From Angustibacter luteus (GTDB taxonomy: Bacteria > Actinomycetota > Actinomycetes > Actinomycetales > Angustibacteraceae), in assembly GCF_039541115.1 (NCBI RefSeq), contig NZ_BAABFP010000005.1:744001-808000 (forward strand): 64,000 bases of DNA, written 5' to 3'. The notes under the pieces are model-generated. The model saw nothing but the letters and a program-made list of their open reading frames with translations. It had not been told where the DNA came from and did not search any database. How positions within the stretch are numbered: the first letter of the stretch is position 1; each line of letters opens with the position of its first letter. Shown here piece by piece: positions 25,521 to 35,731 of the stretch. A program made the translations under genes and the position numbers.

Positions 25521-26959
25521 GGAGCGACCCCCGCGAGCAGCTCGTCGAGCGCAGCCGAGCTGGCCGCGCTCGCACCCCAGGTGCGCAACCGGCCCTGCTC
25601 GCTGGGGTCCTGCGCCGGCCAGCCCATCTCGACCACGACGGCGTCCGGTCGGCGGCGCAGGACCTGCTCGATGACCTGCTCGGCCCAGGCGTGCCGGTGC
25701 CCGTCGCGGACCAGGACCACGACCGGCTCGGGGCCGAGGTCGTGCCACGGCTCGTCGCCGCGGACGACGTCGCGGACCGGCGTCCCGCCCAGGACCAGGC
25801 CCGCGGCGGGTAGCCCCCAGGGGGCGTGCCCGACCGCCTCGTTCGTGCCGGTGACCAAGCGCAGGACCTGCGCACCGCGCAGCGAGCGGTCGAGCCCCAG
25901 CGCGCCGTCGACGGCCTCGAGGGCCGCCCGCCGGCTCGCCTCGGGCTGCGGAGCGGAAGTCGACGCCGCCCGCAGCGCGGCCACCTGCTCGACCGCCCGG
26001 TCCACCCGCCCGGCCGCCTCGACGAGCCGCTCGCGGGGCAGGTCACCCGCGTCCACGGCAGCGACGATCGCGTCCTGCACGTCCTGGACCCGCTCGTCGG
26101 TGAAGGACGAGCCGAGGCAGAGCAGGTCGACGCCGGCCTTCAGCGCGAGCACCGCGGCAGCGGGGATGCCCCGACCACCGCTCGCGCCGACCATGTCGAG
26201 CGCATCGCTGACCAGCAACCCGTCGAAGCCGAGCTCGTCGCGGAGCAGCCGGGTCGCGGCGGCGCTGAACGTCGCGGGGACGTCTGGCTCGACGGCCGGC
26301 AGCACGACGTGCGAGGTCATCACGGCCAGCGCACCGGCCCGGATGCCGCTGGCGAACGGGGCGAGCTCGCGGGCGCGCAGGACCGACATGGGCTGGTCGA
26401 CCGTGGGCAGCGCCAGGTGCGAGTCGGCGGTGGTGTCGCCGTGCCCGGGGAAGTGCTTCAGGCAGGCCCCCGACCCGGCGCTCTGCACGCCCTCGACCCA
26501 GGCTGCGACGTGCCGTCCGACCAGGACGGGGTCCGCGCCGAAGCTGCGCACGCCGATGACCGGGTTGTCCGGGGTCGAGTTCACGTCGGCGACAGGACCG
26601 AGGTCGAGGTCGACGCCGTGCTCGAGCAGCTGCGTGCCGACGTCCGCGGCCACCGCGCGGGTGAGGTCGACGTCGTCCACCCGGCCGAGCACGGCGTGCC
26701 CGGCGTGCGGGCTGCCCTCGAGGTAGTAGAGCCGGGTGACGTCGCCGCCCTCCTCGTCCAGCGAGGTGATCGCGCGCGGGTTCGCCTCGTGCACCGCGCG
26801 GTTCAGCGCGGCGATCTGCGGGCGGTCCACGATGTTGGTGCCGTACAGGCAGATCCCACCGAGGCCCTGCTCGAGCCGCCGCCGCGCCCAGCCGGGCAGC
26901 GTCGGACCGTCGAACGAGGCCAGCAGGACCCGGGCCGCGATCCCTCTCACGTCGTCCAC
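25517..26959 (-). CDS. GH3 beta-N-acetylhexosaminidase (DasD/NagZ-like)
   Basis: DEEGGDVTRL, IGVRSFG, KHFPGHGDTTADSH, SDALDM. Confidence 0.9.
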   Translation of the reverse strand: MDDVRGIAARVLLASFDGPTLPGWARRRLEQGLGGICLYGTNIVDRPQIAALNRAVHEANPRAITSLDEEGGDVTRLYYLEGSPHAGHAVLGRVDDVDLTRAVAADVGTQLLEHGVDLDLGPVADVNSTPDNPVIGVRSFGADPVLVGRHVAAWVEGVQSAGSGACLKHFPGHGDTTADSHLALPTVDQPMSVLRARELAPFASGIRAGALAVMTSHVVLPAVEPDVPATFSAAATRLLRDELGFDGLLVSDALDMVGASGGRGIPAAAVLALKAGVDLLCLGSSFTDERVQDVQDAIVAAVDAGDLPRERLVEAAGRVDRAVEQVAALRAASTSAPQPEASRRAALEAVDGALGLDRSLRGAQVLRLVTGTNEAVGHAPWGLPAAGLVLGGTPVRDVVRGDEPWHDLGPEPVVVLVRDGHRHAWAEQVIEQVLRRRPDAVVVEMGWPAQDPSEQGRLRTWGASAASSAALDELLAGVAP

Positions 26960-26960
26960 G

Positions 26961-27887
26961 TCAGCCCTTCACCGCGCCGGAGACCAGCCCCGAGGCCATC
27001 CGTCCCTGGACGAACAGGAAGAACACGATGACCGGGATCGTCATCAGCGTCGAGCCGGCCATGATCGCCCCCCAGTCGGTGCCGCTGTTGACCTGGCGGA
27101 AGGAGCGCAGCCACACCGGCAGCGTGAGGTGGTCCGGGCGGTTCATCAGCACCAGGGCCAGGACGAACTCGTTCCACGCCTGGATGAACGCGAACACGCC
27201 CGTCGCGACGAGGCCCGGCCCGATCAGCGGCAGCGTGATGGAACGGAACGAGCGCAGCCGCGAGCAGCCGTCGATCATGGCGGCCTCCTCCAGCTCGACC
27301 GGGATGCCTGCCACGAAGCCTCGCAGGGTCCAGATGGTGAAGGGAAGGACCGCCGCCACGTAGACGGCGGACAGGCCAAGCACCGTGTTCGTCAGGTGCC
27401 AGCCGTCGAGCAGGCGGAAGAGCGAGATGATCATCGCCTCGCCGGGCAGCATCTGGATGGCGATGATCAGGAAGATGAAGCCACGCCGGCCGAGGAACGT
27501 GAACCGGGTGATGGCCAGCGCGGCGAGCAGTCCGATCACCAGGGCCACGGCCACCGCGACGGTCGTCACCGACAGGCTCACCCGCAGGGCGTCCAGGAAC
27601 GGGAACTGGGTGTCGCGCTTGAGCACCGTGCGGAAGTTGTCCAGCGTCGGCGAGATCGGGGCGAACGTCGGGTCGACGCTGCGGATCTTGCGGTTGGGCA
27701 GCAGGGCCGTGCTGACCATCCAGTACACCGGGAAGACCGAGACGACGAAGACCACGAGACCGGCCACCGTGAACAGCACCCGCTGCACACGCTTGCGGGT
27801 CCGGCCCCGACCAGCGGCCACCGAGCGCTGCGAGGCGCGGGCGACACCCTCCAGCGGGCTCGCCGGGAAGTCGAGCGCGGCACTCAT
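26961..27887 (-). CDS. Carbohydrate ABC transporter permease (DasC-like)
   Basis: EEAAMIDG EAA loop; AWNEF; TM helices. Confidence 0.9.
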   Translation of the reverse strand: MSAALDFPASPLEGVARASQRSVAAGRGRTRKRVQRVLFTVAGLVVFVVSVFPVYWMVSTALLPNRKIRSVDPTFAPISPTLDNFRTVLKRDTQFPFLDALRVSLSVTTVAVAVALVIGLLAALAITRFTFLGRRGFIFLIIAIQMLPGEAMIISLFRLLDGWHLTNTVLGLSAVYVAAVLPFTIWTLRGFVAGIPVELEEAAMIDGCSRLRSFRSITLPLIGPGLVATGVFAFIQAWNEFVLALVLMNRPDHLTLPVWLRSFRQVNSGTDWGAIMAGSTLMTIPVIVFFLFVQGRMASGLVSGAVKG

Positions 27888-28846
27888 GACACGTCCTCCT
27901 GGATGACCTGTCGCACGTAGACGAACGAGACGGCCAGCATGATGACCACGAGGATCACGGCGATGGCGCTGCCGGTGTCGAACCGGCCCTGCGCGACACC
28001 GAGCTGGTAGATGTACACGCCGATCGTGCTGGTCTTGGCCGTGATGCCGCCGGCGTCCTGCAGGGCGAAGATCTGGGTGAAGACCCGTAGGTCCCAGATC
28101 ACCGACAGCATCGTCAGCAGCATGATGACGGGGCGCAGCAGCGGGTAGGTGATGAGCCGGAAGCGCTGGAACGCCGAGGCGCCGTCTAGCTCAGCGGCCT
28201 CGATCAGCTCCTCGGGCACCTGGGTCAGACCCGCGTAGAGCGTGAAGGCCACGAACGGGATCGACTGCCAGGTGATGACCACCGTGGCCACGAAGAAGAA
28301 GGAGATGGGCTGGATCAGCCACGAGTGGCCGAGCATGTTCATCCCGGCGGCGCTGAGCAGCCAGTTCAGGACGCCGTACTGGGTGTCGAACATCCAGCCC
28401 CAGATGACGATCGCCGTCAGGGCGGGCATGGCCCAGGCCAGCAGCAGACCGACCGTGACGGTGAGCCGCATGAACTTGCCGAGCTTGGTGAGCAGCAGGG
28501 CGACCAGCATGCCCAGTGCCATCGTGATCGCCACGTTGACCACGCAGAACACGGCGCTGCGGGCCAGGACCGTCCAGAAGGTGGGGTCCGTCAGCACCGC
28601 GCGGTAGTTGGCGAGCCCCACGAACTCCGGTGGGGCGCCGAACACCTGCGCCCGTCCGTACTTTTGCGTCGACATCACCAGCAGCCGCACCAGCGGGTAG
28701 CCGGTGAGGACGACCAGCAGGACGAAGGTCGGCGCGAGGAACAGGTAGGGCAAGGGTGAACGGCGCTTGATGCGAGCTGCGACGGCGCCGCTCACCCTTG
28801 CCTCCCTGGTGCGATGGATGGTGTCTCCTCGGTCGGAGCCCATCAT
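27884..28846 (-). CDS. Carbohydrate ABC transporter permease (DasB-like)
   Basis: IEAAELDGAS EAA loop; TM helices; start uncertain. Confidence 0.9.
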   Translation of the reverse strand: MMGSDRGDTIHRTREARVSGAVAARIKRRSPLPYLFLAPTFVLLVVLTGYPLVRLLVMSTQKYGRAQVFGAPPEFVGLANYRAVLTDPTFWTVLARSAVFCVVNVAITMALGMLVALLLTKLGKFMRLTVTVGLLLAWAMPALTAIVIWGWMFDTQYGVLNWLLSAAGMNMLGHSWLIQPISFFFVATVVITWQSIPFVAFTLYAGLTQVPEELIEAAELDGASAFQRFRLITYPLLRPVIMLLTMLSVIWDLRVFTQIFALQDAGGITAKTSTIGVYIYQLGVAQGRFDTGSAIAVILVVIMLAVSFVYVRQVIQEDVS

Positions 28847-28903
28847 CGCGAAGGGCTCGTGCTGTTCAGGTCGTGCTGTTCAGGTGGAGCTGCCGGACGA
28901 CGG

Positions 28904-30178
28904 TCAGCGGTTCAGCGCCGCCGTGATCTTGGCGTCCGCCGCGGTCGCCAGCTGCTGCACGTCGCCACCCTTGGCGATCTGGACGAACAGGTCCTCGAGG
29001 ATCTTGTCGGACTCGACGTTCGCCCAGCCCGGAGCGGCCGGGGTGCTCTTGGTGTTGCTGGCGGCCTGGCCGATGGCCTTGGCGACGTCGTCCGTGCCCA
29101 GGGCGGGGAACAGCGACTTCTTGGCCGGGATCAGGCCGGCCTTGGCCATCTCGGTCTGGTAGCCGTCGCTCAGCAGCACCTTCATCAGGCCGTAGGCCAG
29201 GTCCTGGTGCTTGGACTTCGCGGCGATCGCGATGTTCGAGCCACCGAGGAAGACCGGAGCGGTCTGACCGGCACTGGCACCCGGGAGCGCGAAGACGCCC
29301 AGGTTCGCCTCGGCCTTGGGGCAGCCGGCCTTCGGGTCCAGGATCGAGCCCTTGACCCAGCCCGGCGCGGACAGCATGCCGATCTGGTTGGCGCAGTAAG
29401 GAACCTGCGGGTCCGTCTCGTTGCCGTCCTTGGCCGCACCGGACGCGTTCGCCATGACCTGCTGGACCTGCTTGAGGCCGGCCACGGACTCCGGCGTGGA
29501 CAGGGAGCCCTGCCACTTGCCGTCCTTCTGCACGGCGAGGTCGCCGCCCGCGGACCAGATGTAGGGCAGCGCGTTGCGCCAGTCCTGACCCGGGAAGTAG
29601 ATGCCCGAGAACGGCTTCTTCGTGCTCTGGGCCTTGAGCTTGGTGCCGGCCGCGATGTAGTCGTTCAGCGTGGTGGGCACCTCGAGGCCGGCCTTCTTCA
29701 GCAGGTCCTTGCGGTAGAACACCAGGCGCGAGCCGGCGTAGTAGGGCGCGGCGTAGAGCTTGCCGTCGTAGCTGCCCGCGTCGACGAAGCCCGAGAGCAG
29801 GTCGTCGCCGCCGAGCTCGGCCTTCTTGTCACTGATGTCCTTGAAGGCGCCGGCCGACGTGAACGCGACCGCCTGGGTGTTGCCGACCTCGACGACGTCC
29901 GGGCTGTCGCTGCCCGACAGCGAGGTGGTCAGCTTGTCGACGAGACCGTCCCAGACCTGCTGCTCGATGACGAGCTCGGCCTTGGGGTTCTCCTTCTCGA
30001 ACGTGGCCTTGGCGTAGTCCCGAGCCGCCTGGGGCGTGTCGGTACCGACGAGCCAGAGCCGGACCTTCGTCTTGCCTCCCGCGGTGGCCGCGTCGTCGGA
30101 CGAGTCCGTCGAGCTGCCACAGGCGGTCAGGGCCACCGCCGCAGCCAGAACGACTGCGGCAGACCGGATGTGCTTCAC
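28904..30178 (-). CDS. Sugar ABC transporter solute-binding lipoprotein (DasA-like)
   Basis: LTAC lipobox; PDVVEVGNTQ, PVFLGGS; AGGAGG RBS. Confidence 0.88.
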   Translation of the reverse strand: MKHIRSAAVVLAAAVALTACGSSTDSSDDAATAGGKTKVRLWLVGTDTPQAARDYAKATFEKENPKAELVIEQQVWDGLVDKLTTSLSGSDSPDVVEVGNTQAVAFTSAGAFKDISDKKAELGGDDLLSGFVDAGSYDGKLYAAPYYAGSRLVFYRKDLLKKAGLEVPTTLNDYIAAGTKLKAQSTKKPFSGIYFPGQDWRNALPYIWSAGGDLAVQKDGKWQGSLSTPESVAGLKQVQQVMANASGAAKDGNETDPQVPYCANQIGMLSAPGWVKGSILDPKAGCPKAEANLGVFALPGASAGQTAPVFLGGSNIAIAAKSKHQDLAYGLMKVLLSDGYQTEMAKAGLIPAKKSLFPALGTDDVAKAIGQAASNTKSTPAAPGWANVESDKILEDLFVQIAKGGDVQQLATAADAKITAALNR

Positions 30179-30266
30179 GTGGATCCTCCTGCACTGATGT
30201 GAGCGAACGCCGGACGGCGATCGCCTGGGCACTGCTGGCGCCTTACCTGGTGGTGCACAGCGCGGG

Positions 30267-31412
30267 TCAGGAAACCCCGAGCTGACCGGACAACACGAGA
30301 ACCGCGGCACCGGTGAGGACGACGTCCTCGCCGAGCGCGGGGAGACGGAGGTCGACGTCCTCGCCGACCACGGGCATGCACCGGCGTCGCAGGACGCCGA
30401 GCGCGGTGTCGAGCAGCGGGCCGCCGAGGAGCTCGGCCGGACCACTGAGCACGACCTCGCGCAGATCGAGGGCGCTGATGATCGGGGCGATGGTCGTCCC
30501 GAGGTACCGACCGGCGCGGGTCAGCACCTTGCGCGCGGCCGCGTCGTCCAGGCCCTCGAGCGCGTGCCGCAGGGCGGGGGCGGACAGGATCGTCTCGAGG
30601 CAGCCCGTGCGCCCGCAGGCGCACTGCTCGCCGCGCTCGTCGATGGTCATGTGGCCGATCTCGCCGGCCGCCAGGTGCTGACCGGCGAGCAGCATCCCCT
30701 CGATGAGCAGGCCGGCGCCGACACCCTTGCCGACCCGGACCAGCATCAGGCCGTGCTCCCCGGCGTCCCCGAAGGTGAACTCCCCCAACGCCGCGGTGTT
30801 CGCGTCGTTCGCCACGTGCACGGGCAGGTTCAGGGCGTTTCCCAGGACCTGTGCGAGCGGCAGCGCCGTCCAGCCGAGGTTGGGTGCCTGCAGGACGACG
30901 CCGTCCTCGTCGACCAGGCCGGGGGTGGCGACGCCGACCCCGAGCAGGGGACGGTCCGTCAGCGCGAGCAGGTCGCGGCACAGGTCCACGACCAGCGCGA
31001 CGGCGGCGTCGCCGGTACGGCCCTCCAGGGCCACGTCCCGACGCTCCAGGATGGCGCCGCTGAGATCCACCACCGCTCCGCAGAGCCGATCCTCGTCGGA
31101 CAGGTCGACGGCCAGGATGTGGTTCGCCTCGCTGCGCAGCCCCACGAGGGTGGCCGGCTTGCCGACCCGGCTTCCCGGCTTCGCCCCGAGCTCGCTGAGC
31201 AGCCCGTCGGACATGAGCTCGGAGACCAGGTCGCTGATCGTGACCCGGGTCAGCCCCGTCTCACGGCTGAGGTCGGCCCGCGAGGACGGCCCGGCGTGGA
31301 ACAGCGACTGCAGGACCAGCGACCGGTTGTGACTGCGGGCGTGCTCGGGCAGCACCTTCGCCGTCGGGCGCAGGTTCCGGCGCAGTCCGGACCGCGTGCT
31401 GGGGAGCGTCAC
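30267..31412 (-). CDS. ROK family transcriptional regulator
   Basis: N-terminal HTH SRADLSRETGLTRVTISDLV; NDAN, GEIGH, CACGRTGCLE. Confidence 0.9.
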   Translation of the reverse strand: MTLPSTRSGLRRNLRPTAKVLPEHARSHNRSLVLQSLFHAGPSSRADLSRETGLTRVTISDLVSELMSDGLLSELGAKPGSRVGKPATLVGLRSEANHILAVDLSDEDRLCGAVVDLSGAILERRDVALEGRTGDAAVALVVDLCRDLLALTDRPLLGVGVATPGLVDEDGVVLQAPNLGWTALPLAQVLGNALNLPVHVANDANTAALGEFTFGDAGEHGLMLVRVGKGVGAGLLIEGMLLAGQHLAAGEIGHMTIDERGEQCACGRTGCLETILSAPALRHALEGLDDAAARKVLTRAGRYLGTTIAPIISALDLREVVLSGPAELLGGPLLDTALGVLRRRCMPVVGEDVDLRLPALGEDVVLTGAAVLVLSGQLGVS

Positions 31413-31417
31413 GGGGG

Positions 31418-31463
31418 TTAGTAAAGACTCCTCGCAAATAATCTGTCAAGGGGTCTAACAAAT
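31418..31463 (-). promoter_or_regulatory. Sigma-70-type promoter with overlapping AT-rich candidate ROK operator
   Basis: Minus strand TTGACA (31449-31444)-N18-TTTACT, 7 nt before GTG 31412; TTAGTA...AAATAA imperfect dyad. Confidence 0.55.
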
Positions 31464-31471
31464 TCTGTGGA

Positions 31472-33973
31472 TCACGAGAGGGACACGTTCCGCAGAGTGA
31501 CCACGGCGGTGCCCGCCTCGTCGGACGCCGCGAGGTCGACGTCCGCCTCGATGCTCCAGTCGTGGTCCCCCGCCGGGTCGTCCAGGACCTGCCGGACCCG
31601 CCAGGTCGCCGACGTCTTCTCGACCTGGAGCAGCTGCGGACCGCGCGCGTCGGGCCCGGTGCCGATGTCGTCATGGTCGTCGAAGTACGGGTCGAGGGCC
31701 GCGCGCCAGCGCTCGGCGTCCCAGCCGGCCCCCTCGTCGAGGGCGCCCAGGTCGCCCCAGCGGCGCAGGGCAGCCAGCTCGACCCGCCGGAAGAGCGCGT
31801 TGCGCACCAGCACCGTGAAGGCTCGGGTGTTGGCGGTCAGCGGTCGGGGCGCGGCGTCCACCTGGGCCGGCGCGTCCGGGCGGTTCGGGTCGACGAGCTG
31901 CTCCCACTCGTCGAGCAGGCTCGAGTCGGTCTGCCGGACGATCTCGCCCAGCCACTCGGTCAGGTCGACGATCGCCTCGCTGCGCATGGCCTCGGGCACG
32001 GTGCGGCGCAACGCCTTGTAGGCGTCGGCCAGGTAGCGCAGCACCAGCCCCTCGGACCGGGACAGGCCGTAGAGGTTGATCAGCTCGCCGAAGCCGAGGG
32101 CGCGCTCGTGCATGTCCCGGACGACGGACTTCGGGGACAGCTCGTAGTCCGCGACCCACGGGTGCCCGGCGCTGTACGTCGCGAACGCGTGCTCCAGGAG
32201 CTCGGCGAGCGGCTTGGGCCAGGTGACCTCCTCCAGGAGGTCCATCCGCTCCTCGTACTCGATGCCGTCGGCCTTCATCTGGGCGACGGCCTCGCCGCGA
32301 GCCTGGAACTGCTGCGCGAGCAGGACCTGCCGCGGGTCGTCCAGCGTCGCCTCCAGCACCGAGAGCACATCGAGCGCGTACGTCGGCGCCTCGACGTCCA
32401 GCAGCTCCAAGGCGGCCAGGGCGAAGGTGGACAACGGCTGGTTGAGGGCGAAGTCGACCTGCAGGTCGACGGTCAGGCGGGCCCGTCGCCCGGTCTCGTC
32501 CGGCTGCGCGAGCTGCTCCACCACCCCCGCCGCCAGCAGCGCCCGGTAGATCGCCACGGTCTGCCGCACGTGCCGCAGCTGCTGCGGGCCGGCCTCGTGG
32601 TTGTCCCGCAGCAGGTGCCGGAAGTGCGACAGGGTGTCCCCCGGGCGGCTGATCACGTTCAGGACCAACGAGTGCGTGATCCGCAGCCGGCTCTTCAGCG
32701 GCTCCGGCTCGGCCTCCACCAGGCGCTCGAACGTCTCCTGCGACCAGGTGACCTGGCCCTCCGGTGCCTTCTTGCGCTGCACCTTGCGGCGCTTCTTCGG
32801 GTCGTCGCCCGCCTTGGCCAGGGCGCGCTCGTTCTCGATGACGTGCTCGGGTGCCTCGACGATCACGTACCCGCTGGTGTCGTAGCCGGCCCGGCCGGCG
32901 CGGCCGGCGATCTGGTGGAACTCGCGGGCGTTCAACCGGCGCTGGCGGTGACCGTCGTACTTCGTCAGGCCGGTCAGGACCACCGTCCGGATCGGCACGT
33001 TGATGCCGACGCCCAACGTGTCCGTACCGCAGATGACCTTGAGCAGACCCGCCTGGGCGAGCTGCTCGACGAGCCGGCGGTACCGCGGCAGCATCCCGGC
33101 GTGGTGAACCCCGATCCCGTGCCGCACCAGCCGCGACAGCGTCTTGCCGAAGCCGGAGGTGAACCGGAACGCCCCGATGTGCGCGGCGATCGCGTCCTTC
33201 TGCTCACGGGTCGCCACGTTGGTGCTCATCAGCGCCTGCGCCCGCTCCAGCGCGGCAGCCTGGGTGAAGTGCACGACGTAGACCGGGCTCTGCCGGGTGG
33301 TCAGCAGCTCGTCCAGGGTCTCGTGCAGGGGCGTCAGGACGTAGCTGTGGCTGAGTGGGACCGGGCGCTCGGTGCCCGACACCACGGACGTCGCCAGGCC
33401 GGTCCGGCGGGTCAGGTCGCCGGCAAAGAACGTGACGTCGCCCAAGGTCGCCGACATGAGCACGAACTGCACCTGCGGGAGCTCGATGATCGGCACCTGC
33501 CAGGCCCAGCCGCGCTGCGGGTCGCCGTAGAAGTGGAACTCGTCCATCACGACCTGGCCGATGTTCGCGTACTCGCCCTCGCGCAGCGCGAGGTTGGCGA
33601 GCACCTCGGCGGTGCAGGCGATGATGGGAGCGCCGGCGTTGACGGCTGCGTCACCGGTCACCATGCCCACGTTGGCGGAGCCGAACTGCTGGCACAGGGC
33701 GAAGAACTTCTCGCTGACCAGCGCCTTGATGGGCGCCGTGTAGTAGCTGCGCCGACCGGTGGCCAGCGCCGCGAAGTGCGCGCCCGTAGCCACCAGCGAC
33801 TTCCCGGAGCCGGTCGGGGTCGACAGGATCACGTGGCTGCCGCTGAGGATCTCGATCAGGGCCTCGTCCTGCGCCGGGTACAGCTCGATCCCTTGCTCCG
33901 ACGTCCAGGTGGTGAAGGCGTCGTAGAGGGAGTCGGCGTCGGGCGCCTCGGGAACCAGGTCGGTGAGCAGCAT
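31472..33973 (-). CDS. DEAD/DEAH-box (Ski2/HelY-like) helicase with DUF3516-type C-terminus
   Basis: PTGSGKS, APIKAL, DEFH, MSAT, GVHHAG, QIAGRAGR; C-terminal QVLDDPAGDHDW. Confidence 0.9.
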   Translation of the reverse strand: MLLTDLVPEAPDADSLYDAFTTWTSEQGIELYPAQDEALIEILSGSHVILSTPTGSGKSLVATGAHFAALATGRRSYYTAPIKALVSEKFFALCQQFGSANVGMVTGDAAVNAGAPIIACTAEVLANLALREGEYANIGQVVMDEFHFYGDPQRGWAWQVPIIELPQVQFVLMSATLGDVTFFAGDLTRRTGLATSVVSGTERPVPLSHSYVLTPLHETLDELLTTRQSPVYVVHFTQAAALERAQALMSTNVATREQKDAIAAHIGAFRFTSGFGKTLSRLVRHGIGVHHAGMLPRYRRLVEQLAQAGLLKVICGTDTLGVGINVPIRTVVLTGLTKYDGHRQRRLNAREFHQIAGRAGRAGYDTSGYVIVEAPEHVIENERALAKAGDDPKKRRKVQRKKAPEGQVTWSQETFERLVEAEPEPLKSRLRITHSLVLNVISRPGDTLSHFRHLLRDNHEAGPQQLRHVRQTVAIYRALLAAGVVEQLAQPDETGRRARLTVDLQVDFALNQPLSTFALAALELLDVEAPTYALDVLSVLEATLDDPRQVLLAQQFQARGEAVAQMKADGIEYEERMDLLEEVTWPKPLAELLEHAFATYSAGHPWVADYELSPKSVVRDMHERALGFGELINLYGLSRSEGLVLRYLADAYKALRRTVPEAMRSEAIVDLTEWLGEIVRQTDSSLLDEWEQLVDPNRPDAPAQVDAAPRPLTANTRAFTVLVRNALFRRVELAALRRWGDLGALDEGAGWDAERWRAALDPYFDDHDDIGTGPDARGPQLLQVEKTSATWRVRQVLDDPAGDHDWSIEADVDLAASDEAGTAVVTLRNVSLS

Positions 33974-34156
33974 CGGTCCCCCATCGTGCCCGGTCCGCGA
34001 GCGGGAGTATTCGGCGGGCGGCCGGTCGCCCTAGTCTGACCCGCACGGGTGACGTTTCGGCCATTCGTGGGACAACGGTCAAGTTCGGGTCACCGCTGGA
34101 CGACGGACCGTCAGGATCTCGGCTCGCGACCGCGGCCGTGCGAGGGGTGGACACCC

Positions 34157-35731
34157 GTGACCGACGACGTCGTGCTCGAGCTTGACCAGAACCCGGTGGG
34201 CCGGCGTGCCCTGCTGCTCGCGGTCGCCGGTGCCGGCGCCGCGGCGAGCGCGGTCGGCACCCTAGCCACCGCCGCACCGGCCCAGGCCGCGCCGCCGACC
34301 ACCGGTAGCTACTACGTGAACCGGACCCAGGCCACCCTGCTCGCCCAGCGGACCACCGGGGGTGCGACACCAGCCCTGGTCGCGTCGATCACCCGGCTGG
34401 GCGCCGCGAAGTGGCTCGACTACCAGCTCAACCCCGCGCGGCTCAACGACGCCACGTTCGAGCGCATCGCGACCCGGTTCGCCAAGCAGTCCATGCCGAT
34501 CTGGCAGGTCCGCAGCCTGCTGGAGGAGGGCGGCCTCAAGGGCTGGGAGCACAAGTTCCAGATCCAGTGCGAGCACGTGGCCCGGCTGTGCTGGTCCTCG
34601 CGCCAGCTGCAGGCGGTGATGACGGACTTCTGGACCAACCACCTCAACGTGGCCGTCATGTCCGACGGGGTCGACGAGTCCCGGGCCCACTACCAGTACA
34701 CGATCCGCACCAAGGCCCTCGGCAAGTACTCCGACCTGCTGCTGGCGGCGAGCCAGCACCCCGCCATGCTCACGTTCTTGGACAACCGGTCCAGCCGGAA
34801 GGCGCACCCCAACGAGAACCAGGGCCGTGAGCTGCTCGAGTTGCACACGCTCGGCGTCGGGAACTACACCGAGACCGACGTCCTGAACAGCACCCGGGTG
34901 CTCACCGGGCTCAGCGTGGAGAACGAGTCCGGCGAGTTCGAGTACAAGCCCTGGTACCACTGGACCGGGGCGGTCAAGGTCCTCGGCTGGAAGAGCGTGA
35001 ACAACAGCCGCCCGGCCGGGCTGGCCGTGGCCCGGTCGATGCTCACCTACCTCGCGCACCACCCGGCGACCGCGCGCCGGGTGTGCACGAAGCTGGCCCA
35101 GTACTTCGTCGCCGAGACCCCGCCGCCGGCGCTGGTCTCACGCATGGTGACCACCTACCTCAAGAACGACACGGCCATCGCCCCGGTGCTGCGGATGATG
35201 TTCCTGTCCGCGGAGTTCCGGGCCAGCTGGGGCGCGGTCACCCGGCGCCCGCTGGAGGCCACCGTCGCCAACGTGCGCAGCCTCGGTCTCGGCATCGACG
35301 CCACCGGCTACGAGGGCGTGAAGGCGCTGGTCTACGCGATGGGCGAGGCCGGGCAGTCGCCGATGAACTGGCCGACGCCGGACGGCTATCCGCTGGCCTC
35401 GGCCGCCTGGGGCTCGACCTCGGCAACGCTCGAGCGCTGGAACTTCACCAGGTCGCTGACCGCCGGCTGGTGGCCGACGACCCTGACGCGGCCGAACCTG
35501 CTGACCTTCGTGCACCCGGCGGCGCTGCCCACGACCCACGGCCCCCTGGTGGACGCCGTGGCCACGAAGCTGTTCGGCCGGACGCTGGCCGCCGCGGACC
35601 GCACGGCCGTGCTCACCTTCCTCGGGGTCACCGCGACCAGCCCGCTGCGGGCGGACTCCGCCGCCGTCACCTGGCGCCTGGCCGAGTGGGTCAGCCTGCT
35701 CCTCGACTCCCCGTACCAGCTCTACCGATGA
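34157..35731 (+). CDS. DUF1800 family protein with Tat-like signal
   Basis: GRRALL; QLQAVMTDFWTNH, HPAMLTFLDN, PNENQGRELLELHTLG, HPATA, PDGYP. Confidence 0.85.
   Translation: MTDDVVLELDQNPVGRRALLLAVAGAGAAASAVGTLATAAPAQAAPPTTGSYYVNRTQATLLAQRTTGGATPALVASITRLGAAKWLDYQLNPARLNDATFERIATRFAKQSMPIWQVRSLLEEGGLKGWEHKFQIQCEHVARLCWSSRQLQAVMTDFWTNHLNVAVMSDGVDESRAHYQYTIRTKALGKYSDLLLAASQHPAMLTFLDNRSSRKAHPNENQGRELLELHTLGVGNYTETDVLNSTRVLTGLSVENESGEFEYKPWYHWTGAVKVLGWKSVNNSRPAGLAVARSMLTYLAHHPATARRVCTKLAQYFVAETPPPALVSRMVTTYLKNDTAIAPVLRMMFLSAEFRASWGAVTRRPLEATVANVRSLGLGIDATGYEGVKALVYAMGEAGQSPMNWPTPDGYPLASAAWGSTSATLERWNFTRSLTAGWWPTTLTRPNLLTFVHPAALPTTHGPLVDAVATKLFGRTLAAADRTAVLTFLGVTATSPLRADSAAVTWRLAEWVSLLLDSPYQLYR

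Noticed and set aside
23368..26046. Apparent N-terminally extended or fused ORFs (nagA 892 aa, coxL 997 aa, coxE 631 aa, DUF1501 655 aa)
   Set aside because: The extensions are open frames overlapping upstream genes; the real starts lie at stop/start overlaps.
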